Program-made: the position numbers and the translations under genes
Assembly: GCA_040902005.1 (NCBI GenBank)
Contig: JBBDYA010000129.1
Span: 1 to 17,498, forward strand
Reading direction: 5' to 3'
Source of the DNA: Gemmatimonadaceae bacterium
GTDB lineage: Bacteria; Gemmatimonadota; Gemmatimonadetes; Gemmatimonadales; Gemmatimonadaceae
DNA: 17,498 nucleotides
Notes under the pieces: generated by a model
Seen by the model: only the letters and a program-made list of their open reading frames with translations
Told to the model about the DNA's origin: nothing
Databases searched by the model: none
Shown here: one piece after another, positions 14,497 through 17,498 of the stretch
Layout of the letters: the number at the start of each line of letters is the position of its first letter
Position numbering within the stretch: the stretch's first letter is position 1

Positions 14497-15546
14497 TCAC
14501 GGGGCGCCCACGCCAGGCGACGCCCCTCTGCCATCCCAAACGAATCGCGTCTTCGACGCATCGAGCTGATCCAGCATCGTCTCCAGCTCGTTCCCGAAGA
14601 CGATGACGCGCGTGAGTCGCCTCGGGTCGGCGTCGGGATCGAACGGACTGCGCGTCGGACCGCCAGCCACCTCCAGCACCGTCTCGTGGTCGTACGTCGT
14701 CGTTTTGCCGCTCTGCGGATCCGTCCAGGAGCCCCGCCATGCCAGCGCCTTGTTCGTCGGCCACAGCCCCTGAGGAAACGCGAACGTACGCACCCGGTAT
14801 CCCGGCACTGCGCTGTCGATCGCCACTTGCCCCCGCGCGATCTGCTCTTGCACGAACGCGTCCGGATACTTGCTCAGCTGCGCGTGCCACAAGGTGTGGC
14901 TGCACAACTCGAATCCGTTGTCCGCGAGCCACTTCACCTTCATCAGGCGCCACTCCGGCTTCTGGCCGCGAAACTCCACCTTGTCGCCGAAGAACGCGTG
15001 ACCGGACTCGGCCGCCGGTAGCAGGCAGAACGTCGCCCGTCCCTTCCAGTCGGGATGTTCCTTCTCGAACGCCAGCCACATGCCGACCACCGTGGTGGAA
15101 TCGATCTCAAGCTGGCCGTCGCGCTCCAGATACGAGAACTGATCCGGGGATGCGTCGTCGAAGGTGAACACCACCGGCGACATGCCCACCGGAACATCGG
15201 AGAAGTCCCTGTCGATCAGTTGGGCGACCGTGATTGGGCGGTACCCGCGGTCGTATAGCATCCGGAGGTTGCGCTGGAAGAGTTCGCGCGGGATGACGAA
15301 CATGCCCCTCGTCGAATCTCCCACGATGTGGTACTCGAGTACGGGAATGCGGCCCATCCGGTCGCCAAGATCGTTGTACCGGGTGTGCACCACAGGGGGC
15401 GCGTCACGGGTCGCGGCCGTTTCGGCCTCGCCGCCCGCCGAGTCGATCGACGCCACCTTCCCTTCGCCGCAGGCCGCAAGCACCAGAGCGGACCCGAGCA
15501 GAACCCTCAGTTGCTGCATCATCATTATTGCAGTAGCAGGTCGCAT
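14497..15546 (-). CDS. Polysaccharide deacetylase (CE4/NodB-like) family lipoprotein
   Basis: Lipobox LAA-C and CE4 motifs PVLEYH, FTFDDA, SHTLWH and FAFPQG. The exact start (15546 or one of the MMM codons) is uncertain. Confidence 0.88.
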   Translation of the reverse strand: MRPATAIMMMQQLRVLLGSALVLAACGEGKVASIDSAGGEAETAATRDAPPVVHTRYNDLGDRMGRIPVLEYHIVGDSTRGMFVIPRELFQRNLRMLYDRGYRPITVAQLIDRDFSDVPVGMSPVVFTFDDASPDQFSYLERDGQLEIDSTTVVGMWLAFEKEHPDWKGRATFCLLPAAESGHAFFGDKVEFRGQKPEWRLMKVKWLADNGFELCSHTLWHAQLSKYPDAFVQEQIARGQVAIDSAVPGYRVRTFAFPQGLWPTNKALAWRGSWTDPQSGKTTTYDHETVLEVAGGPTRSPFDPDADPRRLTRVIVFGNELETMLDQLDASKTRFVWDGRGASPGVGAP

Positions 15547-15590
15547 GGATTGGAAACCAACCGCAGACTCCGGCGTATCAAGGCCGTAGC

Positions 15591-17498
15591 ATGCCTTTCA
15601 TCTCCGATCGCTTTCACATCCTGCGCCAGCGCATGCGGCCTCGAGCGGACGACCCGCCGCGGCGCTGGCTTCGTCGGGACAGGTGGAAGCTGTCCCTGCT
15701 GGCGTCAGCGATCGCCGGCATCGTCCTGCTCGACGCGTGGCTCCTGACCTGCGGCTTCGCGGGCTGTCCATCGCCGTCCGAGGTGCGCGCGTACCGGCCG
15801 AGCGAGGGTGGCCAGGTCCTCGATCAGAACGGCAAGCTGATCGGCCATCTGGCGATCGTCCGTCGGCTCAACGTCCCGATCGAGAAGATCCCCAGGCACG
15901 TGCGGCAGGCATTCATCGCCACCGAAGACCGGCGCTTCTTCGACCACGCGGGCATCGACTGGCGCGGCGTCGCGCGCGCGACGGTCCGCAACGTGAGCGC
16001 CGGGCGCGTACGCGAGGGGTTCAGCACGATCACCATGCAGGTGGCGCGCAACAGCTTCCTGCTGCAGCGCTACAACGGGCGCTCGTTCCGCCGCAAGCTC
16101 CTCGAATTGCGTTTTTCGAGGATCCTCGAAGCGGAGCTCACCAAGGACCAGATCCTCGAGCACTACATGAACGTCATCTACCTCGGCAACGGGGTATATG
16201 GCGTGGAGGCGGCGAGCCGGGATCTTTTCGGGAAGAGCATCAACGAGGTGGCGCTCTCCGAGGCCGCGATGCTGGCCGCGTTGCCCAAGGCGCCGTCGTA
16301 CTACACACCCCGCGACCATCCGCTGCGGGCGCGCGAACGGCGGAACCTCGTGCTGGAGCTCATGCGCGAGCAGGGGTACATCGATGACGCAAACGCCAAG
16401 CGATCATCGGCCACGGCCGTGCGCGTCGCGGCCAATGAATGGCGGCCGTCGCAGTACGATCAGTACGGCGTGGTGGACGCCGTGCGCGCGATGGTGGATT
16501 CGGTGCTGCCCGACGCGCTGAAGGAGGGGGACGTCGTCATCCATACGACCATCGACGCCAGGGCACAGCAGGCGGCGGATCGCGCAATCGCCAGGCACGC
16601 CGTGTCGATCCAGAATCAGGGGTGGGGGCGAGGGCAGCAGCTCCAGGGTGCCCTCGTCGCGATTGATCCGCTCAGCGGCGACATTCGCGCGCTCGTGGGC
16701 GGCCGGCGCGCCAGGCGCGGCGGGTTCATTCGCGCGACCAACGCCATGCGCCAGCCCGGATCCGCGTTCAAGCCGTTCGTGTACGCGGCGGCGCTGGAAG
16801 CGAACATCTCGCCGGGCTCCGTCGTGGACGACGCGCCCATCGAGGTCATGATCGGCAACACGTCGTGGATTCCGGCGAACTACGACGACAGCTATCAGGG
16901 GCGCACCACGCTGCGGCGGGCGCTGATGTATTCCGCCAACGCGGCCACGGTGCGCGTGAGCCGCGTCGTGACCGAAGACGCCGTGATCGCCGTGGCGAGG
17001 CGCAACGGCATCGTGAGCGAGCTGCAACCGCATCCCTCGCTGGCCCTGGGCGCGATCGAAGTCACCCCACTGGAACTCGTCACCGCGTACGCGCCGTTCG
17101 CGAACGGCGGCATGCGCGTCCACCCCCGGCTGATCACCCGCATTGAGGCACCCAACGGGAAGGTGCTCTGGAGTCAGGAGAGTGTCCGCGTTCCGGCCAT
17201 GGATCCGCGCGACGCCTACGAAATGACGTCCATGCTCCGCGGAGCGGTGGACTACGGAACCGGCAGAGTGATCCGCGACCACGGGGTCACCGGTCCGGTC
17301 GCGGGGAAGACCGGCACGACGAACAACGGCGCGGACGTCTGGTTCATCGGCTACACGCCCACGCTCGTAGCGGGCGTGTGGTTTGGCTACGACACCCCGA
17401 CCCAGATCGCGGGTCGCGCCGCGGGGGGCCGGTTCGCCGCGCCGGCCTGGGCCGACTTCTACAAGGCCGGATGGTCCGAGCGTCGCGGCGTCACATGG
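15591..17498 (+). CDS. Class A penicillin-binding protein (PBP1A family, transglycosylase/transpeptidase), 3'-truncated
   Basis: Open from the ATG at 15591 to the window edge and absent from the ORF track because it has no stop. TM anchor, GT51 motifs (EDRRFFDHAGID, GFSTITMQVARN, RKLLE, KDQILEHYMNVIYLG) and transpeptidase motifs SAFK, SAN and KTG. Confidence 0.95.
   Translation, partial: MPFISDRFHILRQRMRPRADDPPRRWLRRDRWKLSLLASAIAGIVLLDAWLLTCGFAGCPSPSEVRAYRPSEGGQVLDQNGKLIGHLAIVRRLNVPIEKIPRHVRQAFIATEDRRFFDHAGIDWRGVARATVRNVSAGRVREGFSTITMQVARNSFLLQRYNGRSFRRKLLELRFSRILEAELTKDQILEHYMNVIYLGNGVYGVEAASRDLFGKSINEVALSEAAMLAALPKAPSYYTPRDHPLRARERRNLVLELMREQGYIDDANAKRSSATAVRVAANEWRPSQYDQYGVVDAVRAMVDSVLPDALKEGDVVIHTTIDARAQQAADRAIARHAVSIQNQGWGRGQQLQGALVAIDPLSGDIRALVGGRRARRGGFIRATNAMRQPGSAFKPFVYAAALEANISPGSVVDDAPIEVMIGNTSWIPANYDDSYQGRTTLRRALMYSANAATVRVSRVVTEDAVIAVARRNGIVSELQPHPSLALGAIEVTPLELVTAYAPFANGGMRVHPRLITRIEAPNGKVLWSQESVRVPAMDPRDAYEMTSMLRGAVDYGTGRVIRDHGVTGPVAGKTGTTNNGADVWFIGYTPTLVAGVWFGYDTPTQIAGRAAGGRFAAPAWADFYKAGWSERRGVTW

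Overview
GC-rich bacterial chromosomal window; gene content and style suggest Gemmatimonadota, which is an inference only. Housekeeping and envelope genes: a 5'-truncated M20 dipeptidase, a translationally coupled tamA-tamB pair, rho with a long disordered N-terminus, a polysaccharide-deacetylase lipoprotein and a 3'-truncated class A PBP. The most interesting part is 11493-14392, a candidate peptide-signalling module. It contains a stand-alone receiver, an AraC regulator with an atypical receiver domain, a 51-aa micro-lipoprotein with a C-terminal Cys-x11-Cys loop (missed by the ORF track), and a convergent ~410-aa cytoplasmic TPR protein. The peptide gene and the TPR gene each have a tandem TGTC(A/C)TAAA(A/T) box followed by an identically spaced -35/-10-like promoter, which suggests a Rap-Phr/RRNPP-like circuit outside Firmicutes. 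Intergenic regions also hold two MITE-like elements with shared IS5-like ends, two heptamer repeat arrays and an attenuator-like rho leader.
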